The notes beneath the pieces were generated by a model that had not been told where the DNA came from, searched no databases, and saw nothing but the letters and a program-made list of their open reading frames with translations. DNA of 63,970 bases, counting the filler, from Atractiella rhizophila (taxonomy: Eukaryota), in NCBI GenBank assembly GCA_021432655.1. It is 11 parts of 8 records of this genome, joined end to end, with 100 filler letters (N's around TTAATTAATTAA, not from the genome) between each part and the next. Parts side by side here need not be neighbours in the genome. Positions count along the whole stretch, not along the records: positions 28,101 to 33,664 come from MU272103.1; positions 33,765 to 35,988 come from MU272103.1; positions 36,089 to 45,785 come from MU272104.1; 8 more parts are not named here. The stretch is one strand, 5' to 3'. Made by a program: the position numbers and the translations under genes. Of this stretch, positions 29,500 through 41,462 are shown piece after piece. How positions within the stretch are numbered: position 1 is the stretch's first letter; each line of letters opens with the position of its first letter.

Positions 29500-30473
29500 C
29501 TATGCCTCAAGCAAGCATTGAGTGGATAGCAGACACTGGTGCAACTTCCCACATGTCTCCCCATCGTCATTGGTTCAGAACCTATCAGAAGAAAGTTATT
29601 CCTATTAGGGTAGCAAGTGGAGAAGTGATCTGGAGTGCTGGGATTGGGAGCTTGATCTTTAAGCCAAGTTGGGGGAGAAGAAGACCACCACCATTACCAT
29701 TTCAGACGTCCTACATGTCCCCAAGCTCTACAACAACCTTCTATCAGTCTTCAAGCTTACCATCTACAAGGGAATGAGGGTCTCCATCAAGCACAACAAG
29801 GTTCTCTTCTTCCAGCATCAAAAACTCTGCCTTACTGCCACTGTGGACTACAAGAATGGAAGCATGGCTGGGATACTTGATGGGAACACCCTTCCTGCTC
29901 CAGAATTCGCTGGGAATGCTTCTACACTGCCCATGGATGCTTCTCTATGGCACAGGAGACTTGGACACCTGAATTATGAGGACATTGAGCGTCTGAAGAG
30001 GAAGGAACTTGTGAATGGGATGACTTTGGACCTGGAGCATGATCCAGACCCTATTTGCGAGCCATGCCTAGCTGGGAAGCAGCATAGGGTCTTCAACAAG
30101 TCAGCAGAGACCAGGGAGAAGAAAGTATTGGGTAGGATCAGCTCAGACCTGCATGGACCTCTTCCAGTCACATCCAGAGAAGGATATCGATATTGCGTCA
30201 CCTTCATCGATGAAGCAACAAATCATTGTACAATTGCTTTCCTCAAGAAGAAATCAGAGGCCCCAGAACTCTTCAAGACCTTCAAGAATTGGGTAGAGAA
30301 TGTTACTGGGAAGAAGATCAAGAAGTTTAGAGAGGACAAGGAAGGCGCTTATTCCTCCAAAGAATTCGATCAATACCTCAAGGCCTGTGGTATTCAGCGC
30401 GAACAGACGATCAGGAACTCTCCTCACCAGAATGGCAGGGCAGAACGAGCGAATAGGACGATTCAGGAGACTA
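29500..30473 (+). mobile_element. Copia protease / GAG-pre-integrase / integrase fragment, frameshifted
   Basis: WIADTGATSHM, LWHRRLGH, CEPCLAGK, SDLHGP, PHQNGRAER. Confidence 0.93.
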
Positions 30474-30722
30474 TGTTGGATTAGCTGTTAAATTTCATGG
30501 TGTTGTCTTAGTGTGGTCAGCCACCTTTGCTGTGTTTACTCACTTCGTAGTTTGTCTCCCTAGGGGGCAGTCTTGGTGGTTATCATCTTTGACCACCAAC
30601 TCCTGTCCCCTAGGTATGTGTTTCCTCATCAATCCTATCATCTTTGACCACCAACTCCTGCCCTAGCTCCATCCAGCGTCTATTTCTCTCATGGTAGTGA
30701 GAGCTGTGGCTAGGGATTGACA
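30474..30722 (+). repeat. Copia LTR family A, intron-containing form
   Basis: TG...CA ends; hairpin, GTATGT...CTAG intron and direct repeat. Confidence 0.85.
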
Positions 30723-30789
30723 GATCAGTTGGAATTGCAATTTTCAATTTTGCCACCCACTTGGTTGAAAATTTTGACCACTCAGCCAT

Positions 30790-33664
30790 CCTTTGTCCAA
30801 TATATGAGGGCAGTCCTGTTTGCTGAGATCGTGTCCAACATTGAGAGGAGTAAGGACAGGGTTGCAATCGTCCATCTGTTGGCGTTCCAGAAGATCCTTG
30901 ACATACTGTTCTTGATCCAACCACATCATTCTTCGCTTCCTATCCCTCCTAATGCGAACCCCAAGTAGGAATTCCGTTGGTCCAAGGTCTCTGAGCTTAA
31001 ATCGCTTCCCTAACTCCCTCTTGAAGTCCTCTACAGCACCCTTTGATGTGCTAGCGATCGTAATATCATCCACAAAGACTGGGACAAGTACTTTGATGTC
31101 CCCCTTCGAGTAAATCCAAACACTGGCATCACTCTTGATCTTGATAAAGCCCATGGATGTGATTTCCTTGTCAAATTTCTTCTGCCACTGACGTCCTCCT
31201 TGCCTGGTGCCGTAGATTGCTTTGAGGAGTTTGAGAGCATATTCTGGGGAACCTTGAGGGTGACCTTCTGGCTGCTTGGCATAGACTTCTGCATCCATTT
31301 CGCCATTTAGGAACGCTGTGGAGATGTCCACAGACTCTAACTCCATATCCAGGACACAGGTGAGTGAAAGAATCATCCTAAGTGTCGCCCATTTGACCGT
31401 CGATGCGAAAGTGTCAAAGTAGTCGAATCCAGGGCGTTGAGAGAACCCCTTGATGACGAATCTGCCCTTGAAGCGCTCAATAGAACCATTTGACTTCTTC
31501 TTAACCGCAAACACCCCCATTGAGAACCAACGATTCTTGCTCCTTATAGGCGGTTTGACCAGAATCCAACTCTTGTTGTCCAAGTGAGATTGAATCTCCT
31601 TCATGAGAGAATCTGATGCTGGATGGAGCTAGGGGACAGAGATTAGTGGTCAAAGATGATGACCGCCTAAACTGCCCCCTAGGGGGCTAAAACTCCGAAA
31701 TGAAGCAAACACAACAAAGGTGGCTGACCACACAACACAAGACCACGAAATATAACACCTAATCCAACACTCCCACCTGGGCAGCCACCTCTTGAAGCTC
31801 CCACCAAATCCAAGAACTGTCCAAGACCACAAAATATAACACCTAATCCAACACTCCCACCTGGGCAGCCACCTCTTGAAGCTCCCACCAAATCCAAGAA
31901 CCGTCCAAGATAGCCACCGAACAAAGCTCCCACCGAATAAAGACAAGCATGAAATAGCATGGCAAAAAGAAAACATATTAGTTGACTGTCTAAAACCAGT
32001 AGAGAGATCCTCATACCGCTTAAAGCGGCGTCTTATAACCCCCCCGGAAGGAGGACACAGTTTTATTGCGCCCCATAACTGCCTCATTCACTTGGGTAGG
32101 GGCGCAGACCCATCATTTCTCGAATTACAACTCCAGCAACCGGTAAGCCTTGGTGAGGAGGTCTGCAGGCATAGACTCGCCAGGGCAGAAGACTGGGGTG
32201 ATGAGTCCAGCTTCTACTGTGTCCCTGAGCCAGTAGAAGCGAAGATCCAAGTGCTTCATGTGTCCATGGTGAGAAAATCTGATGCTGGATGGAGCTAGGG
32301 GACAGAGATTGGTGGTCAAAGATGATGACCGCCTAAACTGCCCCCTAGGGGCTAAAACTCCGAAGTGAAGCAAACAAAACAGAGGTGGCTGACCACACAA
32401 ACATAACAGAAATATAACACCTAATCCAACACTTCTTTCCAACAGGATCCCAGAACTCCCACCCTTTCGCTGCAAGGGAATAGCCTATAAATGCGCATTT
32501 TCGAGTATGAGATCCTAAGCTGTGTGCCCTTTCATCCTTCTGAACTTGAACGTAAGCAGTGCATCCAATGATTCTGAATCTTGAGATGGTTGGAGTAAGT
32601 CCAGTGAGTTTTGTGTGGGGAATAGCATGGTTGATTAAAGCTGAGGGAGATCTGTTGCGAATGTGGACGACTGCTGAAGCAATAGATGGCCAGAGAAAGA
32701 GTGGAAGTCCCGATTCTTCAAACATGGCGACCATAGTCTCCTGAATCGTCCTATTAGCTCGTTCTGCCCTGCCATTCTGGTGAGGAGAGTTCCTGATCGT
32801 CTGTTCCCGCTGAATACCACAGGCCTTGAGGTATTGATCGAATTCCTTAGAGGAATAAGCACCTTCATTGTCCTCTCTAAACTTCTTGACCTTCTTCCCA
32901 GTAACATTCTCTACCCAATTCTTGAAGGTCTTGAAGAGTTCTGGGGCCTCTGATTTCTTCTTGAGGAAGGCAATTGTGCAATGATTCGTCGCTTCATCGA
33001 TGAAGGTGACCCAATATCGATATCCTTCTCTGGAAGTGACTGGAAGAGGTCCATGCAGGTCTGAGCTGATCCTACCCAGTACTTCCTTCTCCCTGGTCTC
33101 TGCTGACTTGTTGAAGACCCTATGCTGCTTCCCAGCTAGGCATGGCTCACAAATAGGGTCTGGATCATCCTCCAGGTCCAAAATCATCCCATTCACAAGT
33201 TCCTTCCTCTTCAGACGCTTGATGTCCTCATAATTCAGGTGTCCAAGTCTCCTATGCCATAGAGAAGCATCCATGGGCAGTGTAGAAGCATTCCCAGCAA
33301 ATTCTGGAGCAGGAAGGGTGTTTCCCATCAAGTATCCCAGCCATGCTTCCATTCTTGTAGTCCACAGTGGCAGTAAGGCAGAGTTTTTTGATGCTGGAAG
33401 AAGAGAACCTTGTTGTGCTTGATGGAGACCCTCATTCCCTTGTAGATGGTAAGCTTGAAAGACTGATAGAAGGTTGTTGTAGAGCTTGGGGACATGTAGG
33501 ACATCTGAGATGGTGATGGTGATGGTCTTCTTCTCCCCCAACTTGGCTTCAAAGATCAAGCTCCCAATCCCAGCACTCCAAATCACTTCTCCACTTGCTA
33601 CCCTAATAGGAATAACCTTCTTCTGATAGGTTCTGAACCAATGGCGATGGGGAGACATGTGGGA
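30790..33664 (-). mobile_element. Rearranged copia mosaic: integrase, LTR-A fragment, RNase H end, 3' UTR/PPT (84-bp tandem duplication ~31741-31910), LTR-A fragment, RT
   Basis: KGFSQRPGFDY, VDISTAFLNG, FVDD, HLDLRFYWLRD; LTR fragments at ~32271-32430 and ~31605-31770. Confidence 0.92.
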
Positions 33665-33764
33665 NNNNNNNNNNNNNNNNNNNNNNNNNNNNNNNNNNNN
33701 NNNNNNNNTTAATTAATTAANNNNNNNNNNNNNNNNNNNNNNNNNNNNNNNNNNNNNNNNNNNN

Positions 33765-34802
33765 GTAGTAGAAAGGGCAACGAGGGATTGTAGTTTGCTG
33801 CTCCAACTGACCGCTCCATTGCCTATCTTGAGGAGATAGCCTCCCGTAGAATGTCCAGTATCCTTGCACCCAGCAAAATCTGCATTGCAGAAAGCATGAA
33901 AAGGTTGCTTGAGGTCAAAACCAGCTGCAGAATACTCAATTCCTAAGTTCTGAGTGCCTTTGAGGTACCGTAGAAGATGCTTGGCCGCTTCCCAGTGCTT
34001 CTTTCCTGGGTTAGAGAGGTACTTTCCAAGGACAGAGACTGCATGAGCGATATCTGGACGAGTGGAGATGGCCAAGTACATCATGGAGCCAACAACGTTG
34101 CTGTAAGGGATTGTGCGCATTTCTTCCTGTTCTTCCTTTGTCTGGGGGCAGTCCTGCTTGCTGACACCGTCTCCAACGTTGAGAGGAGTGAGGACAGGGT
34201 TGCAGTCATCCATCTGTTGGCGTTCTAGAAGGTCCTTAACATACTGTTCTTGATCCAACCACATAATTCTTCGCTTCCTATCCCTCCTAATACGAACCCC
34301 AAGTAGGAATTCCGTTGGTCCAAGGTCTCTGAGTTTGAATCGCTTCCCTAACTCCCTCTTGAAGTCCTCTACAGCACCCTTTGACGTGCTAGCGATCGTA
34401 ATATCATCCACAAAGACCGGGACAAGTACTTTGATGTCCCCCTTCAAGTAAATCCACAGACTAGAGTCGCTCTTGATCTTCTTAAATCCCATATCGACAA
34501 GTTCCTTATCAAGTTTCTTCTGCCATTGACGCCCTCCTTGCCTTGTGCCATAGATGGCCTTGATTAGCTTCAGAACGTACTCTGGAGGACCCTGTGGATG
34601 ACCTTCTGGTTGTTGTGCGTAGACTTCTGCATCCATATCGCCGTTAAGGAATGCCGTAGAGATATCCACTGACTCCAGCTCCATGTCCAAGACACAAGCG
34701 AGCGAAAGGATCGTCCTAAGTGTCGCCCATTTGACCGTAGATGCGAAAGTGTCAAAGTAGTCGAATCCAGGGCGTTGAGAGAACCCCTTGATGACGAATC
34801 TG

Positions 34803-34839
<37 letters not shown>

Positions 34840-35988
34840 TGTTAAGGACCTTCTAGAACGCCAACAGATGGATGACTGCAACCCTGTCCTCACTCCTCTC
34901 AACGTTGGACACGGTCTCAGCAAGCAGGACTGCCCCCAGACAAAGGAAGAACAGGAAGAAATGCGCACAATCCCTTACAGCAACGTTGTTGGCTCCATGA
35001 TGTACTTGGCCATCTCCACTCGTCCAGATATCGCTCACGCAGTCTCTGTACTTGGAAAATACCTCTCTAACCCAGGAAAGAAGCACTGGGAAGCGGCCAA
35101 GCATCTTCTACGGTACCTTAAAGGCACCCAGAACTTAGGAATTGAGTATTCTGCAACTGCTTTTGACCTCAAGCAACCTTTTCACGCTTTCTGCGATGCA
35201 GATTTTGCTGGGTGCAAGGATACTGGACGTTCTACGGGAGGCTATCTCCTCAAGATAGGCAATGGAGCGGTCAGTTGGAGCAGCAAACTACAATCCCTCG
35301 TTGCCCTTTCCACAACCGAAGCAGAATATGTCTCAGGGGTCTCAGCCGGCCAAGAAGTCGTCTGGCTAAGGAATCTTTTAGAAGAAATTGGCTTCGCTCC
35401 TCAAGGTCCTACTCCCCTCTTCACAGACAGTAGCAGCACTCTCCAGGTATCCAAGAACCCTGAGCACCATGGTCGAATGAAACACCTGGACCTTCGCTTT
35501 TATTGGCTCAGAGATGTTGTTGAGATGGGCAAGATCAGTCCAGTCTTCTGTCCGGGGGTCAACATGCCAGCGGACCTCCTTACCAAGGCACTTCCAGTCG
35601 CCAGTGTAGACAAGTTTCGAGTTATGATGGGTTTGCGCCCCTACCCAAGTGTCTGAGGCAGTTATGGGGCGCAATAAAAATTCCTTTCCTCCTCTGTGGG
35701 GTTATAAGACGCCGCTTTAAGCGGTACGAGGACTTTTCCTCTTCTTTTCATTGCAAAACTAATATGCTTTCTGCTTTATATCGAGTATACATTGTGTGAA
35801 TTCGGTGGGAGAGTCTCTGGATTTGGTGGGAGCATCAAGAGACAGCTGCCCAGGTGGGAGTGTTAGTTGTAGTGGTTATTTTGGTCATCTGCCTCTTATG
35901 ACTCTTATGACTGGTATGAGTCATCACTATGTAGTTTAGTTCTGCCTAGGAGTGTTGGTGCTCATTATTGACCACCAACCACTCCTAG
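33765..35988. mobile_element. Divergently oriented copia RT fragments around an A32 tract; plus copy continues to RNase H (stop 35656), PPT and LTR-B (35860-)
   Basis: STRPDIAHAV, FCDADFAG, STTEAEY, PADLLTK; GGTGGGAG|TGTTAG. Confidence 0.92.
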
Positions 35989-36662
35989 NNNNNNNNNNNN
36001 NNNNNNNNNNNNNNNNNNNNNNNNNNNNNNNNTTAATTAATTAANNNNNNNNNNNNNNNNNNNNNNNNNNNNNNNNNNNNNNNNNNNNGAAAAAACTATT
36101 CCCCAATCGTTCACGTGAGCGGCTGGACCTACAAATCGTAAAGCAACCAGGGGGATGCTGCCGCGGGATAAGGAAGGCGAAGCAGAGGTTGGGACTGACA
36201 AATTATAGTAAAATTCAAAAGAAAAGTCTGCCCAGCAATCTTGCAGGTATAGTCACTTTATCGAGTAGCCACGCAGGTTGGATGAGCGAAAACTGGAGCG
36301 ATGTGTCAATGGTTTGATGGTGGTCCAGCGAGAGGAAGCCCGAAGACAAAGGGTTTCCTCAACCTTATCTCAGACTAATTGAAATATCACCTGACCGTGG
36401 AACCACGTTCAAGCTTTAATTTCTTTGGCAGTGATGTCGCAGTATTGCACTTCAGTCTGAGGAGCAGTATTGCATCTGTTTATTTAGAGATCCCTGAAAT
36501 TTGCACACAGAAATAGAAATAAGTTCATCAAAAGCACTATATGTCGGCCGGTTAAAACGATATGAAATGGTGAAAATCGAAGGTTTGGAAGTACTGATGA
36601 ATATAAATCATAATGAGAGGCTGCAGGTATTCAGTTCTGTTTTCGCTGGGATCCATGAAGAA

Positions 36663-37394
36663 TCAAGGGAGAACGCAGGTGCCTCCAAAGCTATAGCGAT
36701 AACCAGCTTGACAGCCATCTACGCGCTTTCGATTGGCAGTTTTCTTCGTGGGAAGGGGACAACGCACGGACGACACACTTGTTCTTGACACAGCTCAAGC
36801 TCCTAGCGCCAGGATGTTTCGCAGCGCAATCGACACCATCTCCGGATTGTGCGCAACCGCCACAGTTGAAGATATCATCGAGATCGACGCACTGCTCTTA
36901 TTTGTGAGTACGAAAGGATGCATGAGGTAGACTCTGACCTCAAAGCTTCCCGAAGTGCTCGAGGGACACAATCTCATGCCCTCCACGCACGTTTCCTCGT
37001 CTTCCACTCGTCTGATCGGTTTCACATTGTTCTCCTTGATTTTCTCAAAATGACCCTCATAGATTTGTTTCGAAGATTTCTTGTTCTCTTCTGCGTGACA
37101 CCCTTTGTGTCCTTTCTTGCACTTTCTTTCCTTCTTCCGCTCATGCTCCTTCCAACTTGGCGAGGGAGATGGTGAAGGCGATGGATTCCACCTTTTGGCT
37201 CGCGTCGGCACGTCCGCTCCTTCAAGGTCAAAGGAGCCGAAGCCTTGCTCCACATCGTAACTCTTGTCGAAGGAACGCGGATGAACTGGATCGAGGGAGT
37301 AACGATCGCGGAGGAGGAGACGGTCGACTGCAGACCGAAGAAAGATGGCTAGAACGAACTGGATGAAGATGGAAGAAAGGAGAAGGTATCGCAT
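36663..37394 (-). CDS. Secreted Cys-rich CPL1/PriA-like protein
   Basis: Signal peptide, Kex2-like KR site, spliced ECVDLDDIFNCGGC...DC...SCVKNKCVV.GCQAGY. Confidence 0.82.
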
Positions 37395-37868
37395 CCTGAA
37401 AGTTGTGGAAAAGAACGACGAAGGTAAGCTTGAAAGGAAATTCAATGTGAGAAAGGAGCGTGAGAGATTCGAATGGCCACGCTGAGACCTTGACCTAGGT
37501 ATTTATCTGCAACCAAACCCTCGAAATATCCTCACTGGAGCCAGTGAAGGGAAGTGAGATGATCCGCGACTTGGAATGAGGCCTTTAGCTAGTCACTGAA
37601 AAAGGGTGAAGCGTACAAAAAGAAGAGAGCGTTAAACTGATATGTGCTTGATGGCAAAACGACCCTAGGCAGCCTTCTGCTAACGCAGCTTCTGGGCTGA
37701 GTGGTTTTGATACCATGAACATTTTTCTTTCTGTGCAGATGTTTGGAATTCGCTTGTCTTTTGGAACTCTGGAGCTCACTTGAAACGTTCACGTCTTGTT
37801 CCATGTTCTCTCCCGAAAAGGTTCTCTCCCGAAAAGTTTGCAGAAGCGCTGCGGGGTACGTACCGCCG

Positions 37869-37874
37869 ACGCGT
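37869..37874. promoter_or_regulatory. Possible MCB cell-cycle box
   Basis: ACGCGT ~70 bp upstream of the RFC5 ATG; a single hexamer could be chance. Confidence 0.3.
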
Positions 37875-37939
37875 ACGACTTGCAAAACGACAATCCAACC
37901 AATTTCGCGACTTTCCTCTAGCGAATATAAGTCTTCAAG

Positions 37940-39446
37940 ATGTCGCTATACGTAGACAAATACCGTCCAAAGAGCTTGGAGGAGTTGGACTACCACCCAG
38001 AGCTTTCAAAGCGCATCTCCACACTAGTTCGTCGTCCCAAACGACTTCTACCAAAGTCCTGACAATAACCGCGTCCTACAGGCTGAAGGAGGAGACTTCC
38101 CGCATTGTTTGTTCTATGGTCCTTCAGGTGCTGGGAAAAAGACGAGGATAATGGCAACGCTGAGGGAGCTTTATGGACCTGGCGTTGAAAAGGTGCGCTC
38201 TCTCATGCTGAAGAACGGCGAAGGGGAGCGTGATACCTTCTCGAGGACAGTTGAGGATAGATCAGAGAGTTTTCGTCACCCCCAGCCGGCGGAAATTGGA
38301 CGTGAATGTCGTTCAGTCGAATTACCACATTGAATTGACTCCTGCGTGAGCTTCGACTCTGCGTCACCTTTAGTTAATGTTGAAAGGAGAGGCAGGGACG
38401 TTGGGAACTGGGACCGCTCTGTCATCCAAGACATCCTCAAAGAAATTGCTCAGACACAGCAAGTGGATCTGAATGCAAAAAAACGTTTCAAAGGTCAGCA
38501 CAGACTTTCTCCTCAATGGTGGGGATCTAACAGGAAAGTAGTGGTGGTGATCAACGAGGCTGATTTGTTGAGTCGAGACGCCCAGGCAGCCCTTCGCCGT
38601 ACGATGGAGAAATACACCGCCAACTTACGGGTCATCCTTTGTGCCAATTCCACCTCACGAATTATCAGTCCAATCAAGTCTCGTTGCCTTCTCCTGCGCG
38701 TCGGAGCGCCATCAGAAGACGAGGTTCTTCCCTCCTTCGTTCTCCCAGGAAAGAATAGATAATTGAAGGGGACATAGATATGCAAAGTGATTCAACGCGT
38801 CTCCACCCTCGCCTCCCTTCAAGTTCCACCCCACATCCCACCGCTCCTCTCCCGTCTTTCATCTCGTAACCTCCGGCGTGCCCTCCTCACCCTCGAATCC
38901 CTAGCCACCATAGATCCCACCTTTTCCAAAATCCCAGACGACCATCCACTCCTGCAACCGAACCCCACACGAAAAGCCCTGAACGATGCTCTCGACTTGG
39001 TGCCGAGGCCAGACTGGGAGAAGTATGCGGGAAAGGTTGCTGAGAAAATCATCAGCGATCAGTCGCCAGAGAGGCTGTTAGAGGTCAGGGGGATGATTTA
39101 TGAGCTGCTCGTCCATTGCATTCCTCCAGGCATCGTCATTTCCGTATGTCTCTCCATGATCACCTTTTTCCTTCGAATCCAAATTGACGGTGAGATTGTG
39201 GGACAGACGTTGGCGAAAAGATTGACAGAGAGGGTTGACGAAGCTTTGAAGCCAGAGATTATCCATTGGGCAGCACACTATGAACATCGGGTGGTGCAAG
39301 GCAACAAACCGATATTTCACATCGAAGGTAGGTCTTACATCCTCCATTTGGCTTTGGACTGAAGCTGTTTGCACTGCCTAGCATTTGTGGCAAAGATCAT
39401 GTCGGTGTACAAGCATTTCTTGATGGGATTCGATGACTTTTCTTGA
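37940..39446 (+). CDS. RFC5: Replication factor C subunit (yeast Rfc5 / human RFC3)
   Basis: MSLYVDKYRPKSL, YGPSGAGKKTR, AQAALRRTMEKY, IKSRC, YELLVHCIP, IFHIEAFVAK. Confidence 0.96.
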
Positions 39447-39592
39447 TCTCTCTTCCCCTCGCCGTCCTCGCTACGTTTGTATTTATTTTCAGTTATTCTG
39501 TGCAATCTCTGTCAAAGACGCTTTGGGAGTGGCATTGGACTGAAGAGGCAGACAGCGACAAATGATACTAAATACAGAAGCAAGATTACAAT

Positions 39593-41372
39593 TCACTCTC
39601 CTCCCTCCTCCAACCACTTGTTCCAATCATCCATCCTCTTCTTTTCCTCCTCTTCCGTCGCCTTGTCGGGCACGATCGCTTCCTTGTCTGCGCTCTTTCG
39701 AAACTTGGGTTTTCCCTCCAGGAGGGCAGCTTGGATCTGTCGGCCGCCAAAGAANNNNNNNNNNNNNNNNNNNNNNNNNNNNNNNNNNNNNNNNNNNNNN
39801 NNNNNNNNNNNNNNNNNNNNNATCAAGAGACGTCAGCCAGTAGTTCTTTGAGAGAGATGATTGGAGAGAAGAAATTCGGAAGAGGACGTACGAGGACGCA
39901 TGCTTGTGCGGAGAGCTCATCCTTGAAACGGATGCTCATAATCCCTTCTGGTTCTTTCTGTTCCCACAGATGTGAAATCAGTATCGACAATGGAATGAAG
40001 TGAAGCAATGGTGAGAAGACGCACATCGTAGAGAACAACATTGGTGACCTCGCCTAACTTGCCACATTCTTCCCTGACATCCTCCTTCAAATCGAGCAGC
40101 AAGCTCGGATCTTCTTCCAGCTCGGCGAGCGTAAACATCTTTCGGAGGATAACAATCTTAGGTAACTTGTTCAAGGTCTTTAATGCGTCCTCTTCGTCTG
40201 AGGACCAGTCAGTAAGTTTCCTGCGTGAACGTTCGCGGTCAGGTTTCGATTGGGAACTGCTTGAGACGGAGGGAAGAGGTGGAGGGGCATACATCTTAAG
40301 TTTTTCGGCCTGCTTCCCCTGCTTCTTCTTCTTCATCTCCTCACTCTTCGCCATCCCGTTCCCATTCCCCCCTCCCCTCCCACCTGCTTCCCCATTCCTC
40401 GTCGAATCGACCTCCATCTTCTTTCCAAAGTCAGCCTTCACAACCCTCATCCTATTCCCCTCGCCACCTTCCGCGCCTGGTTTCCCCTCCTCTTCTTCTC
40501 TCTCCAAAACCGTGTCATCCAACAAGGTGGTAGCCAGCACAACGCTTTCTTCCCTCAAATAAACGACGAGTGCCTCCCCCTTGAACCGTCCCTCCGAATC
40601 ATAATACATCTTGATCTTCGGTTCTCCATCCGACGACTCCAAGATCACTCCGCCTTTGAGGAAGGTCCGATGGAGGAGCTCAACGGTGGTATAGGAGGGA
40701 AGATTGGAAACGAACACGGCGGTTTGACGGGGTGGAGGGGCGGCGGAAGTGGAGGCTTTGGAGGAATTGCTCTTTTTCACTTTTCCTCGTAGGATCGCTG
40801 GCGTGTCGTCGTCGTCGTTGTCTTGCTTCTTTCGTTTCTTCCCACGATTCAAGACTGGCGCAGCTGGCGTCTAATTCGCCCAAAATTGTTAGCATGTTGC
40901 TTGGTCATATGTTTCTGCTCTTATAGAGCGAGGCCAATCCTCTTTGGTTCATTCTGGAGCCTTCATCCAGCATAGAAGGAAAAGCCATAGCGAGGGATGC
41001 AGCGGAACGTCTGAGCGAATGCATCGTCCAATGTTCACAAGCGCTCACACTCCCCGCTTCCGTTTTATTAAAAGGCACGTTCTCGTCTCATTCCTTCGGT
41101 GGTGACTTCACCGCACCCCAGCCCTTGGTGCATCGTAGAGAAAGGGAGAAGAAACCCACCTGCTCATCAACCCCTTGGACACTATAAGCCTCCTGCTGCC
41201 TTTTGATAACCTCGTCATCCACACACTCCACCCACGTTGCCTTCCCATCGTCGTATTCGTACTCTTTCCCACTGGCGTCGTCTTCGAACTTCCATTTCCC
41301 TGTGAGACGGTCAAAGTGGATGCGTGGGTCTGGATCCCCTCCTGCTGAAGGTGGGAAGGACGGCTGCGACAT
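39593..41372 (-). CDS. CUS2: U2 snRNP-associated factor Cus2/Tat-SF1 (RRM + UHM); internal N gap
   Basis: AVFVSNLP, KIKMY...FKGEALVVYLREESV, ILRKMFTL, DLKEDVREEC, FFGGRQI. Confidence 0.93.
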
Positions 41373-41462
41373 CGTCGTCTTATAATTACTTGGTCTTCTT
41401 GTGATCGTCGTGACTCTAAATTCGACGACCAGCATAACAATACAGGTTGGGCAGCAGCCAAG

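Noticed and set aside
34775..34840. Poly-lysine N-terminus on an RT ORF
   Set aside because: Just the translation of the A32 junction
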